64,000 nt of DNA from NCBI GenBank assembly GCA_948473335.1, contig CAOKXF010000007.1:36338-100337 (forward strand), given 5' to 3'. The position numbers and the translations under genes were made by a program. Below the pieces are notes generated by a model. The model searched no databases. It worked only from the letters and a program-made list of their open reading frames with translations, and was not told where the DNA came from. Positions 1 through 8,529 of this stretch are shown piece by piece. Numbering within the stretch: the first letter of the stretch is position 1; each line of letters starts with the position of its first letter. The stretch is from an uncultured Clostridium sp. Its GTDB lineage: Bacteria > Bacillota > Clostridia > TANB77 > CAG-508.

Positions 1-2109
1 AATAAAGAATTAAAAGAATTATACGAAAATGATGAGCAAATAAAAAAGTTATTAGATATAGCAATGAGCTTAGAAGGAATGCCAAGACAGGCATCAACAC
101 ACGCATGTGGAGTAATAATAGCAAGGGAACCAGTAGATACATATGTACCATTATATGTAAAAGATGATCAAATATCAACACAATACATAATGACAACATT
201 GGAAGAATTAGGATTACTAAAAATGGACTTCTTAGGACTAAGAACATTAACTGTAATAAAAGACACAGTTGAACTTGTGAAACAAACTAGAGGAATAGAA
301 GTAGAATTTGATGAAGAAATGAATGACCCTAAAGTATTTAAACTATGGCAAGAGGGAAGCACAATGGGATTATTTCAGTTTGAAAGCCAAGGAATGACAA
401 ACTTTATGAAAGAACTCAAACCAGACTGCTTAGAAGATTTGATAGCTGGAGTTTCATTATATAGACCAGGACCAATGGACCAAATACCAAGATATATAAA
501 AGGAAAATTAAATCCAGGACATAATGAATATACACATCCAAGTTTAGAGCCAATATTAAATGTAACATATGGATGTATGGTATATCAAGAACAAGTAATG
601 CAAATAGTAAGAGAGCTTGCGGGGTATTCTTTAGGAAGAGCAGATTTAGTACGTAGAGCGATGGGAAAGAAAAAACTTGATGTAATGGAAAAAGAAAGAG
701 AGATATTTATCAATGGGCAATTAGATGAAAAAGGAAATATAGTTGTACCAGGATGTGTAAGAAATGGAATAGATGCAGAATCTGCAAATAAAATATTTGA
801 TGAGATGTCAGAATTTGCAAAATATGCATTTAATAAATCACATGCAGCATGTTATGCAGTAGTAGCATATAGAACAGGATATTTGAAAGCATATTATCCA
901 GCTGAATTTATGGCATCAATGTTAAATAGTTTTTTAGGCAATTTAGATAAGATACCACAATATATAGACGAATGTAAAAAATTAGGAATAGAGATTTTAA
1001 GACCAGATATAAATAAAAGTTATACTAGATTTACAGTAGAAAGCGATTCAAATGATAATGAGGATAAAAATAAAATACATATTGGAAAAATAAGATTTGG
1101 ATTGGGAAGTATAAAGAATGTAGGAATAATACCTGTAAATAATATTGTTAAAGAAAGACAAGAGAATGGAGAATTTAAGGATTTCACAGACTTTTGTGAA
1201 AGAATGGTAGGGGAAGCAGTTAATAAAAAGTGTATAGAAAGTTTAATTAAAGCAGGAGTGTTTGATAAATTTAATCAAACAAGAAGTACATTATTAGCAT
1301 CATTTGAGAACATACTAGATATAATACAAGTTTCTAATAAAAAAGGAATAGATGGACAGGTATCAATGTTTGATTTAGGTGGAGAAAGTGAGGAAAAGAC
1401 AAAACAGATAAAATATATATTTTATGAGAAACCTGAAATGGGAGAAAAAGAATTGTTATCAACAGAAAAGGAAATGCTAGGCATATATATATCAGGACAT
1501 CCATTAGAAAAGATAAAAGAACAAATATTGTCTCAGACAAGTATTAATTCATTACAAATGAGGGAAATTGACGAAATAAATTCACAGGAAAGTGTGGAGA
1601 TGATTTCAAAAGAAGAAGTAAAGTTTCAAGATGGACAAATTGTTAAAATAGCTGGTATTATTACATCAATAAAGAAAAAGTATACTAAGAATAATAAAAT
1701 AATGGCATTTATGACAATTGAAGATTTGTATGGTCAAGTTGAAATAATAATATTTGAAAATGCATATATGTCTGCCCAGAATAGTCTGATAGAAGAAAAT
1801 ATTATTCTAATAGAAGGACGATTAAGTATTAGAGAAGATGATGAGACTAAAATAGTTGCAAATAAAATTACAGACTTTGGAATAAAAGAACAAAAGGCAA
1901 TGTATATAGATATTACAACTGCTAGTGAAGAAGAAAAATCAAAACTAAGAGGAGCAATAAAATTTTTTAATGGAGATAGAAATAATATGCCTGTATTTAT
2001 AAAAATTGGCGAAGATGTTAAATCTTGTGGACAAATTTATTATACTGATGAAGTTAAAAAGATATTTGAAGATATTGTGACTAATCAAAATGTTTTAATA
2101 AAGGGTTAA
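1..2109 (+). CDS. dnaE: DNA polymerase III alpha subunit (DnaE-type), C-terminal ~700 aa; the 5' end lies outside the window
   Basis: Frame is open from nt 1 with no stop before the Met at 64. Motifs GLLKMDFLGLRTLT, YRPGPMD and FNKSHAACYAVVAYRTGYLKAYYP, plus a C-terminal OB-like segment, are typical of PolIII alpha. Confidence 0.9.
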   Translation, partial: NKELKELYENDEQIKKLLDIAMSLEGMPRQASTHACGVIIAREPVDTYVPLYVKDDQISTQYIMTTLEELGLLKMDFLGLRTLTVIKDTVELVKQTRGIEVEFDEEMNDPKVFKLWQEGSTMGLFQFESQGMTNFMKELKPDCLEDLIAGVSLYRPGPMDQIPRYIKGKLNPGHNEYTHPSLEPILNVTYGCMVYQEQVMQIVRELAGYSLGRADLVRRAMGKKKLDVMEKEREIFINGQLDEKGNIVVPGCVRNGIDAESANKIFDEMSEFAKYAFNKSHAACYAVVAYRTGYLKAYYPAEFMASMLNSFLGNLDKIPQYIDECKKLGIEILRPDINKSYTRFTVESDSNDNEDKNKIHIGKIRFGLGSIKNVGIIPVNNIVKERQENGEFKDFTDFCERMVGEAVNKKCIESLIKAGVFDKFNQTRSTLLASFENILDIIQVSNKKGIDGQVSMFDLGGESEEKTKQIKYIFYEKPEMGEKELLSTEKEMLGIYISGHPLEKIKEQILSQTSINSLQMREIDEINSQESVEMISKEEVKFQDGQIVKIAGIITSIKKKYTKNNKIMAFMTIEDLYGQVEIIIFENAYMSAQNSLIEENIILIEGRLSIREDDETKIVANKITDFGIKEQKAMYIDITTASEEEKSKLRGAIKFFNGDRNNMPVFIKIGEDVKSCGQIYYTDEVKKIFEDIVTNQNVLIKG

Positions 2110-2179
2110 AAAACTAGCGAAGAGTATGACTAGAGAAGATGAGAATATTTTAGTATTTTGGTAAAAGGCTCAAAAACTA

Positions 2180-2208
2180 TTGACATAAAATCATAAAAAG
2201 AATATAAT
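2180..2208 (+). promoter_or_regulatory. sigma-A type promoter (TTGACA-17 nt-TATAAT)
   Basis: Exact consensus hexamers at 2180-2185 and 2203-2208 with a 17-nt spacer, about 30 nt upstream of the 2240 CDS. Confidence 0.6.
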
Positions 2209-2239
2209 TACAAAGACAAAAAGAAAAAAGGAGAATTAG

Positions 2240-2497
2240 ATGGATGATATATTTTTGAGACCAGAAGAAATACTAATTGTAGATTTACATGATAAAACAG
2301 TATTAGAGGCAGAATATATTTTGAGCAAAGAATTAGATACTTTACCATATAATATAAAAGTAGTAGAAGTAGTTCATGGATATAGGAAAGGACAAGCAAT
2401 TTTAAAAATGATAAGACAGGAATTTAAGCATCCAAAGATAAAAAGAAAATATCAAACATTTAATAGAGGAGTGACTAGATTAGAAATAAACCAATAA
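2240..2497 (+). CDS. small Smr-domain-like protein
   Basis: 85 aa with an RBS (aaaggag) upstream. The pattern DLHD...VVEVVHGYRKGQAILKMIRQEF resembles the Smr DLHG...xxHGxG...L core. Confidence 0.5.
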   Translation: MDDIFLRPEEILIVDLHDKTVLEAEYILSKELDTLPYNIKVVEVVHGYRKGQAILKMIRQEFKHPKIKRKYQTFNRGVTRLEINQ

Positions 2498-2513
2498 TAC
2501 GAAAGGAAGAAAA

Positions 2514-2675
2514 ATGATGGAAACAGAAAAAACAGAGAAAAAAGTTAAGAAAGAAAAAAAGGTGAAAATAGATACTGGAAAATTAATAGCAAGAATAATA
2601 GCAATTGTAATGCTAGTAGTATTATTAGCAGGGTCATTTTATAGTTTAATATATATATTAATAAATAATAAATAA
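2514..2675 (+). CDS. small Lys-rich single-pass membrane protein (53 aa), hypothetical
   Basis: Below the ORF-track cutoff. ATG at 2514 follows gaaaggaag. Product MMETEKTEKKVKKEKKVKIDTGKLIARIIAIVMLVVLLAGSFYSLIYILINNK has a charged N-terminus plus one TM helix. Confidence 0.35.
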   Translation: MMETEKTEKKVKKEKKVKIDTGKLIARIIAIVMLVVLLAGSFYSLIYILINNK

Positions 2676-2762
2676 AAGATGAATTATCAAAATTAAGAAT
2701 TTATAAATTTAATAGAAATACCTTTGAAATATAACATAAAAACTAATTGAGAGGAAAAAAGA

Positions 2763-3722
2763 ATGAGTAATTTTGTAGAAATATTAGAAAATTTTTATGA
2801 ACAGAATATATTAACATATATACGAACATTTCAAATGTATCCAATAAAATTAATAAGTGTAATATTAGATTTAATAATAGTAGTATTTTTAATATATCAA
2901 CTAATAAAAATAGTAAAAGATTCAAGAGCTTGGCAGTTAATAAAAGGAATAACACTTTTAATAATTGCTAGATGGTTAAGTGATATACTAAACTTAACAA
3001 TATTAAATTATTTATTATCAGAAGTAATGAATTGGGGAGTAATATTGTTAATAATAATATTCCAACCAGAAATAAGAAGAGCATTAGAACAACTAGGGAC
3101 AAATAAATTTACTAAGTTTTTTGGAATAGATAATAAAGATATAGTAACAAGAACAAAAGAAGACATATATAAAATAGTAATTGCAGTAAGTGAGCTTTCA
3201 AGGGCAAGTACAGGAGCACTTATAGTTATAGAAAGAGATATTAAAATCAGAGATATAGTGTCAACAGGAATAGTAATAGATTCAGAAATATCACCACAAT
3301 TATTAGTAAATATATTCGTTCCAAATACACCATTGCATGATGGGGCAGTAGTAATAAGTAATAATAAAATCGCAGCTGCAGCTTGTATGTTGCCATTAGC
3401 ATCAGATATGGATATTGCAAAAGAATTAGGAACAAGACATAGAGCGGCAATAGGAATATCAAAAGAGTCAGATGGTATAGCAATTGTTGTGTCAGAGGAA
3501 ACTGGAAAGATTTCAGTTGCAAAAGATGGAACTTTAATCGCAGATGTCAAAGAAGATGCATTGAAAAAAATATTGATAAATAATGTTATAACAAAAAGAT
3601 TTCCAGATGTAAAAAATGATAAAACAAGTGGATTTGAAAAAATAAAAAGTAAAATTATAACAAAAAAATCAAAAGATAAAAAAAATAATCAAAAAGAGGA
3701 CAAAAATAAGATTGAAAAATAA
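2763..3722 (+). CDS. cdaA: diadenylate cyclase CdaA (membrane-anchored DAC domain)
   Basis: Three N-terminal TM helices followed by DAC motifs GALIVIERD, PLHDGAVVI and RHRAAIGISKESDGIAIVVSEETGKISVA. Confidence 0.85.
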   Translation: MSNFVEILENFYEQNILTYIRTFQMYPIKLISVILDLIIVVFLIYQLIKIVKDSRAWQLIKGITLLIIARWLSDILNLTILNYLLSEVMNWGVILLIIIFQPEIRRALEQLGTNKFTKFFGIDNKDIVTRTKEDIYKIVIAVSELSRASTGALIVIERDIKIRDIVSTGIVIDSEISPQLLVNIFVPNTPLHDGAVVISNNKIAAAACMLPLASDMDIAKELGTRHRAAIGISKESDGIAIVVSEETGKISVAKDGTLIADVKEDALKKILINNVITKRFPDVKNDKTSGFEKIKSKIITKKSKDKKNNQKEDKNKIEK

Positions 3723-3735
3723 ATTAAAGGAGAGG

Positions 3736-3766
3736 TTAGCATTATATATAAAATATATAATGCTAA
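3736..3766 (+). terminator. 13-bp perfect hairpin between cdaA and truA (weak or absent U-tract)
   Basis: TTAGCATTATATA (3736-3748) pairs with TATATAATGCTAA (3754-3766). Confidence 0.35.
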
Positions 3767-3778
3767 TATAGTTATAAA

Positions 3779-4516
3779 ATGAGAAACATAAAATTAACTA
3801 TTGAATATGATGGGAAAGATTTTAATGGTTGGCAAAAGCAACCTAATAAATTAAATATACAAGGAACTATTGAAAGAGCTATTGAAGAAATAACAGGTGA
3901 GCAAGTGGAGCTAAATGCATCTGGAAGAACTGATGCAGGTGTGCATGCACTTGCTCAAGTTGCTAATTTTAAGACAAATTCTAAGTTACCAATAGAAAAA
4001 ATTACATTAGCTATAAACTCGAGATTGAAGAAATCTATTATAATTAAAGATGCTGAAGAAGTAGATGAAAAATTTCATAGTAGATTAGCTTGTAAGCAAA
4101 AAACTTATAGATATGTAATAAATAATACATATAACGGAACAGCAATATATAGAAATTTAGAATGTCATATACCAATAAAGTTAGATATTAAAAAGATGCA
4201 ACAAGCGATACAATATTTTATAGGAGAACATGATTTCAAAGCTTTTAAAGCAAGTGGTACAAGTAGTAAAAGTAGTGTTAGAACCATTTATGATGCAACA
4301 GTTTATACTGAAAATGATAGAGTTTTTATAGAACTGACAGGAAATGGATTTTTGTATAATATGGTTAGAATAATTTCAGGAACATTAGTTGATGTAGGAT
4401 TAGGAAAGATAAAACCAGAGGATATTATAGAAATTATTAAAATGGGAAAAAGAGAAAAAGCAGGAAAAACTATGCCTGCTCATGGATTATATTTAGTAAA
4501 AGTAGATTATACATAG
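3779..4516 (+). CDS. truA: tRNA pseudouridine(38-40) synthase TruA
   Basis: IEYDGKDFNGWQKQPN, the GRTDAGVHA catalytic Asp motif, and FLYNMVRIISGTL. Confidence 0.9.
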   Translation: MRNIKLTIEYDGKDFNGWQKQPNKLNIQGTIERAIEEITGEQVELNASGRTDAGVHALAQVANFKTNSKLPIEKITLAINSRLKKSIIIKDAEEVDEKFHSRLACKQKTYRYVINNTYNGTAIYRNLECHIPIKLDIKKMQQAIQYFIGEHDFKAFKASGTSSKSSVRTIYDATVYTENDRVFIELTGNGFLYNMVRIISGTLVDVGLGKIKPEDIIEIIKMGKREKAGKTMPAHGLYLVKVDYT

Positions 4517-4614
4517 GTACATAAAATAAAAAGGGTTCATATTATATAGTAGACATAGATTTAAAAGTGTTTTTCACTTGATATACAATAGAAAATTTAT
4601 AGGAGGAAAATAAT

Positions 4615-5223
4615 ATGAGCAATATACTTATATTTTTCGTATTACCAGTTGTTACAATTATCTTAGCAATTGTATTACAAAGAATTCTTCAATGTCCAAT
4701 ACTAGTTGCTGCAACATTTTTTGCCGTTTTTTTAATATTAGCTTTTACGGTGTTTGATACATCATTTATAATATATGGTATAATTTATTCAATATTAGCA
4801 TATATAGTTGCATATATAGCACAATTAATTTGTAGAATAAGAAGTAGAATAAGAGAATGCTGTGGAAATGATGATAATTGTAATAATGGATTATGTAGAA
4901 TAATAGAAAAAATAGGAAATAACTGCGGATGTGACAATGAAAGAAGCGGAGGTAATTGTGGATGTAGAAATCGAAATAGAAACAATAACTGCAATTGTAG
5001 CAATTCGAATGTTATATCTTTGAATGAGGTTACTACTGCCAATGATAATATTAATAATAATTCTAATTTTATGTTAGCATCTGATAATAATTTTAATTGT
5101 AGTTGTACTTCTAGATGTAATAATTCTTCACAGAACGTGGTTTTAAATGCTGAGTTTACACCTAATAGTAATAATAATGGTACAACTGGAAGTTTTAGAG
5201 GTTGCTATAGAAGAAGATGCTAA
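4615..5223 (+). CDS. membrane protein with a Cys/Asn-rich C-terminal tail, hypothetical
   Basis: Strong RBS (taggaggaaaataat ATG). About 3 N-terminal TM helices, then a low-complexity tail with repeated NCGC / CxC / CC motifs (CCGNDDNCNNGLC...NNCGCDNERSGGNCGCRNRNRNNNCNCSNSN...GCYRRRC). Confidence 0.6.
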   Translation: MSNILIFFVLPVVTIILAIVLQRILQCPILVAATFFAVFLILAFTVFDTSFIIYGIIYSILAYIVAYIAQLICRIRSRIRECCGNDDNCNNGLCRIIEKIGNNCGCDNERSGGNCGCRNRNRNNNCNCSNSNVISLNEVTTANDNINNNSNFMLASDNNFNCSCTSRCNNSSQNVVLNAEFTPNSNNNGTTGSFRGCYRRRC

Positions 5224-5390
5224 TTATATGAAAATTAATTCTTAAGAAAGATAATGATGAGAAAGATAGAATTTGTACCAGTTATGTTATATACAGAGAA
5301 GTTATGCATTAGTAGATATTAATACAGTTTTTTTATAAAAAAAGTTTTATTGAATGAGGGGGAGATTTTTTAAAAAATCTTCTTTTTCTA

Positions 5391-5419
5391 TTGACAAATA
5401 TGTATTTTCAACTTATAAT
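5391..5419 (+). promoter_or_regulatory. sigma-A type promoter for tRNA-Met (TTGACA-17-TATAAT)
   Basis: Exact consensus hexamers at 5391-5396 and 5414-5419, about 44 nt upstream of the tRNA. Confidence 0.65.
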
Positions 5420-5462
5420 GGATAATGTTCTTGTTAGAGGGAATAATAATATATGTTTATAT

Positions 5463-5539
5463 GGCGAAGTAGCTCAGTTGGCTAGAGCATTCGGTTCATA
5501 CCCGACAGGTCGGCGGTTCGAATCCACCCTTCGCTACCA
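5463..5539 (+). tRNA. tRNA-Met (anticodon CAT), elongator-like, CCA encoded
   Basis: Cloverleaf readable by eye: acceptor GGCGAAG/CTTCGCT, D-arm GCTC..GAGC, anticodon loop TTCATAC, T-arm GGCGG TTCGAAT CCACC, 3' ACCA. The lysidine-Ile2 alternative cannot be excluded from the anticodon alone. Confidence 0.85.
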
Positions 5540-5571
5540 AACAGAAAATTGCTCAGAAAATGGGCAATTTT

Positions 5572-5789
5572 TTATTGTATAGGAAAAATCGAAGATTTTT
5601 ACGTATACAAAAAGGTTAAGTTTCCTTAATTTGTGCATATTTGCAAAGCAAAATGCACATGTGACGAAGTCACTTTTCTTATTGTATAGGAAAAATCGAA
5701 GATTTTTACGTATACAAAAAGGTTAAGTTTCCTTAATTTGTGCATATTTGCAAAGCAAAATGCACATGTGACGAAGTCACTTTTCTTAT
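5572..5789. repeat. tandem direct duplication (2 x 107 bp) of a multi-hairpin intergenic element
   Basis: The unit starting at 5572 repeats at 5679 with apparently perfect identity. Each unit has four hairpins: AAAAATC-GAA-GATTTTT nested in TGTATA/TATACA, TTAAG-TTTC-CTTAA, TGTGCAT..TTTGC-AAA-GCAAA..ATGCACA, and GTGAC-GAA-GTCAC followed by TTTTC. Confidence 0.9.
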
Positions 5790-5972
5790 ATTCTAATAAT
5801 TAGTTTTTTATGAATGTGTGCAATTAGATCTTAAATATAGTAAAACTTTTTCAGAATTTCATATAGAATAATATCAGCAGACTTGAAAACAATATAGAAT
5901 TATAGTAATATATTGAAAGAAAACATAAAGAGGTATTTAATTTTATTATTTGAAAAAAGAAAGGGGATTAAT

Positions 5973-6782
5973 ATGTCAAAGAAATTAACGAATTCACGGT
6001 TAACAGAAGAGCAAGCTCAGATGGTGAATAACAATATAGGATTAGTTAGATATATTGCAAACAAATTGCATAGTCATCGTATAGTGAATGATGATTTTGA
6101 AGACAAAGTATCTATTGAGACTATTGGGCTTATAAAAGCAGTATTAAACTATGATAAATCAAAAGGTATAAAATTTACTACATTTGCAGTTAGATGCATA
6201 GAAAATGAAATTAAAATGTATTTTAGAGCAGAGAAAAAAGACAGAATAGATGTATATCTTGAGGAAGAAATTGAATTGAATGATTCAACGGTTAAGTTAG
6301 TAGATATAATAGAAGATAAAAAAGCTAATTTTATTAAAACAACGACACTAGAGAAAGAAGCAATTGATATCATTAATATTATATTAAATTGTTTTAACTA
6401 TAGAAACCAAATAGTATTGCTGTATTGGATTTCTGGATTAAAGCAAACAGAAATTGAAGAAATTTTAGGAATAAGCCAGGGCTATTTATCGAAAGTGTTG
6501 AAAAAAGCAACAAAAAAAATCAAAGATATTCTCGAACAAAATTTAACATACACAAAAGATGTAGAGATTTTGAAAATAGGTGATATGTATCATTTAGAAT
6601 TACCATTAGCAGAAACAGATAATATAAATGCGATTTTGGATGATATACATATAGAAGCAAAAAATAAAGACATGAGATATTTTAAAGTAATTGCTAATGA
6701 AGAGAAAATAATCATAGAAGTGCTAGCAGATCCAGAATATTTCTTTATAATTGCTAGGATTTTTAGTATGATTTATAAATAG
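5973..6782 (+). CDS. sigma-70 family factor, SigE/SigK-like region 2, with a ~85-aa C-terminal extension
   Basis: ATG at 5973 follows aaaggggattaat and is preferred over the TTG at 5913. Region 2 reads IGLIKAVLNYD...FTTFAVRCIENEIKMYFR (compare [19 protein letters not shown] in sigE of this window). Region 4 HTH is LKQTEIEEILGISQGYLSKVLKKA, followed by an extra domain. Confidence 0.75.
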   Translation: MSKKLTNSRLTEEQAQMVNNNIGLVRYIANKLHSHRIVNDDFEDKVSIETIGLIKAVLNYDKSKGIKFTTFAVRCIENEIKMYFRAEKKDRIDVYLEEEIELNDSTVKLVDIIEDKKANFIKTTTLEKEAIDIINIILNCFNYRNQIVLLYWISGLKQTEIEEILGISQGYLSKVLKKATKKIKDILEQNLTYTKDVEILKIGDMYHLELPLAETDNINAILDDIHIEAKNKDMRYFKVIANEEKIIIEVLADPEYFFIIARIFSMIYK

Positions 6783-6828
6783 TATAGTGGTAACTGTAGT
6801 AAGATAAAATAGAACTAAGGGGGATACT

Positions 6829-7650
6829 ATGAAAGATTTATCATACATTAATATGGAATTGCAAAAGCTTATATTAGAAAATAAAGGATTAGTGCATCAT
6901 ATTGTTCAAAAAACCTTCAAAATTCCTATGAATGCAACAGAATATGATGACATAGCATCTATAGGAATGATGGGATTAATCAAAGCGGCATTGAAATATG
7001 ATGAATCAAGAGGTACAAAGTTTTCATCATTTGCTGGAACATGCATAATGAATGAAATAAGAATGTTCTTTAGAAAAAGTAACAAATACGCATTTGATAA
7101 ATCTTTAGAAGAAAACGTTTATAGCTATGAAAATAACACTAACAAAATAAATAGAGATACTAGTTATGAAGAAATAATAGAAGATACAAGATATAATACA
7201 GAAAGAGATGTAATAATCAATGAAGCAGCAGTTGAAGTACTCAACATTATCTTTAATTGTTTTAAATCAAGAGATTTAATAATTTTACTCTATGAAATTG
7301 CAGGTGCAAAACACGAATGCAGCGCAAAAATATTTAACATTAGTAGATCATATGTGTCACGTATTAAAAATAAATCTTTAAAGAAAGTTCGGAGGATTAT
7401 GCTATGTGGTGAAAAATATGAAAAGATATTTTTTATTAGTAAAGAAGATGACACTTATTACATCAAGTTTTCATCAAAAGACATTGAAAATTGGGATATA
7501 GTATGGAAAGAAATACAAATAAAAATAGAAAGAGAAAAATTGCACAATTTATATATTAAAGATAAAGAAGGAGAGATAACTGTAAAAGCATATCTATACG
7601 ATTTTTTAATTATTGTTGAAATATTTAGAATAATTTTACAAACTCCTTAA
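6829..7650 (+). CDS. second, paralogous sigma-70 family factor with a C-terminal extension
   Basis: RBS is taagggggatact ATG. Region 2 reads MGLIKAALKYDESRGTKFSSFAGTCIMNEIRMFFRK. Region 4 reads ECSAKIFNISRSYVSRIKNKSLKK. The ~85-aa tail looks alignable to that of the upstream paralogue. Confidence 0.75.
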   Translation: MKDLSYINMELQKLILENKGLVHHIVQKTFKIPMNATEYDDIASIGMMGLIKAALKYDESRGTKFSSFAGTCIMNEIRMFFRKSNKYAFDKSLEENVYSYENNTNKINRDTSYEEIIEDTRYNTERDVIINEAAVEVLNIIFNCFKSRDLIILLYEIAGAKHECSAKIFNISRSYVSRIKNKSLKKVRRIMLCGEKYEKIFFISKEDDTYYIKFSSKDIENWDIVWKEIQIKIEREKLHNLYIKDKEGEITVKAYLYDFLIIVEIFRIILQTP

Positions 7651-7717
7651 AATAATCTTTTTACAAATAATAAAATAAAACATATTAGCTAAAATATGCA
7701 AAAAACATAATACCAAA

Positions 7718-7740
7718 CGCCCTGTTGTAATAACAGGGCG
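7718..7740 (+). terminator. GC-rich hairpin downstream of the sigma-factor pair
   Basis: CGCCCTGTT-GTAAT-AACAGGGCG, a 9-bp perfect stem with a poor U-tract. Confidence 0.5.
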
Positions 7741-7853
7741 CTAATACTGTTTATAAAAGAGGAATATTAAAAAATTAGAAGAATAACCTTGCAAACATAA
7801 AGATAAAATGATAAAATTCAAAAAAGATAAATAAAGAAAGGAAGAAATGAAAA

Positions 7854-8315
7854 ATGAGCAGAGAGAGAGGATTTGAAATAGCAAAAGGATTTGAAGATAA
7901 AGAAATAAATTTACCAGTTAGAAAAACAAAATATTCAGCGGGATATGATATAGAAGCAGCAGAAGATACAGTAATACCAAGTTTTAAAAAAGGGCAAAAT
8001 CCAACATTAATCAAAACAGGACTAAAAGCATATATGAAAGAAGATGAATATTTAATGTTATGCAATAGAAGTTCAAACCCAAAGAAAAAGGGATTAGTAA
8101 TGGCAAATAGTATAGGAATAATAGACAAAGATTACTATGGAAATCCTGATAATGATGGACACTTTATGTTTTCATTTTACAATGTAAAAGAAGAAGATAT
8201 AGTGATAAAAAAGGGTGAAGCAATAGGACAAGCAATATTTCAAAAATATTTGATAATAGATAATGATGAAGCAGAAGGAGAAAGAATAGGTGGATTTGGT
8301 TCGACTAGTAAGTAG
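7854..8315 (+). CDS. dut: dUTP diphosphatase
   Basis: YSAGYDI, the GIIDKDYYG region and the C-terminal GERIGGFGSTSK motif of trimeric dUTPases. Confidence 0.85.
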   Translation: MSRERGFEIAKGFEDKEINLPVRKTKYSAGYDIEAAEDTVIPSFKKGQNPTLIKTGLKAYMKEDEYLMLCNRSSNPKKKGLVMANSIGIIDKDYYGNPDNDGHFMFSFYNVKEEDIVIKKGEAIGQAIFQKYLIIDNDEAEGERIGGFGSTSK

Positions 8316-8382
8316 AAAAAATTTTGTCGCTAGGAAATACTGGAATAAGAGGAAAAATAATCAAAAAAAATTGGTAATGGCT

Positions 8383-8411
8383 TTGACTTTTACCAATTTT
8401 TGTAGTATAAT
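8383..8411 (+). promoter_or_regulatory. sigma-A type promoter (TTGACT-17-TATAAT) embedded in the dut terminator hairpin
   Basis: Hexamers at 8383-8388 and 8406-8411. It overlaps the hairpin AAATTGGTAA...TTACCAATTT (about 8369-8400). Confidence 0.55.
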
Positions 8412-8529
8412 AGAAGAGGTTAAAAGAGATACAAAAGTTATCAAATTAAAGAAAACAAGAAAATAAAATTGATAGCTTTTAAATTTTTTCTTTTGGTCAA
8501 GATGAAAAATGCTGAAAGGAGTGACTTAC

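Noticed and set aside
5391-5582. 63-aa ORF overlapping tRNA-Met.
   Set aside because: It reads through the tRNA-Met gene and its promoter. The tRNA cloverleaf explains the sequence.
5572-5789. Possible CRISPR array. The same question applies to the ATTACA array at 52596.
   Set aside because: There are only two contiguous 107-bp copies with no unique spacers. The ATTACA units are 11-bp tandem repeats. No cas genes are present in the window.
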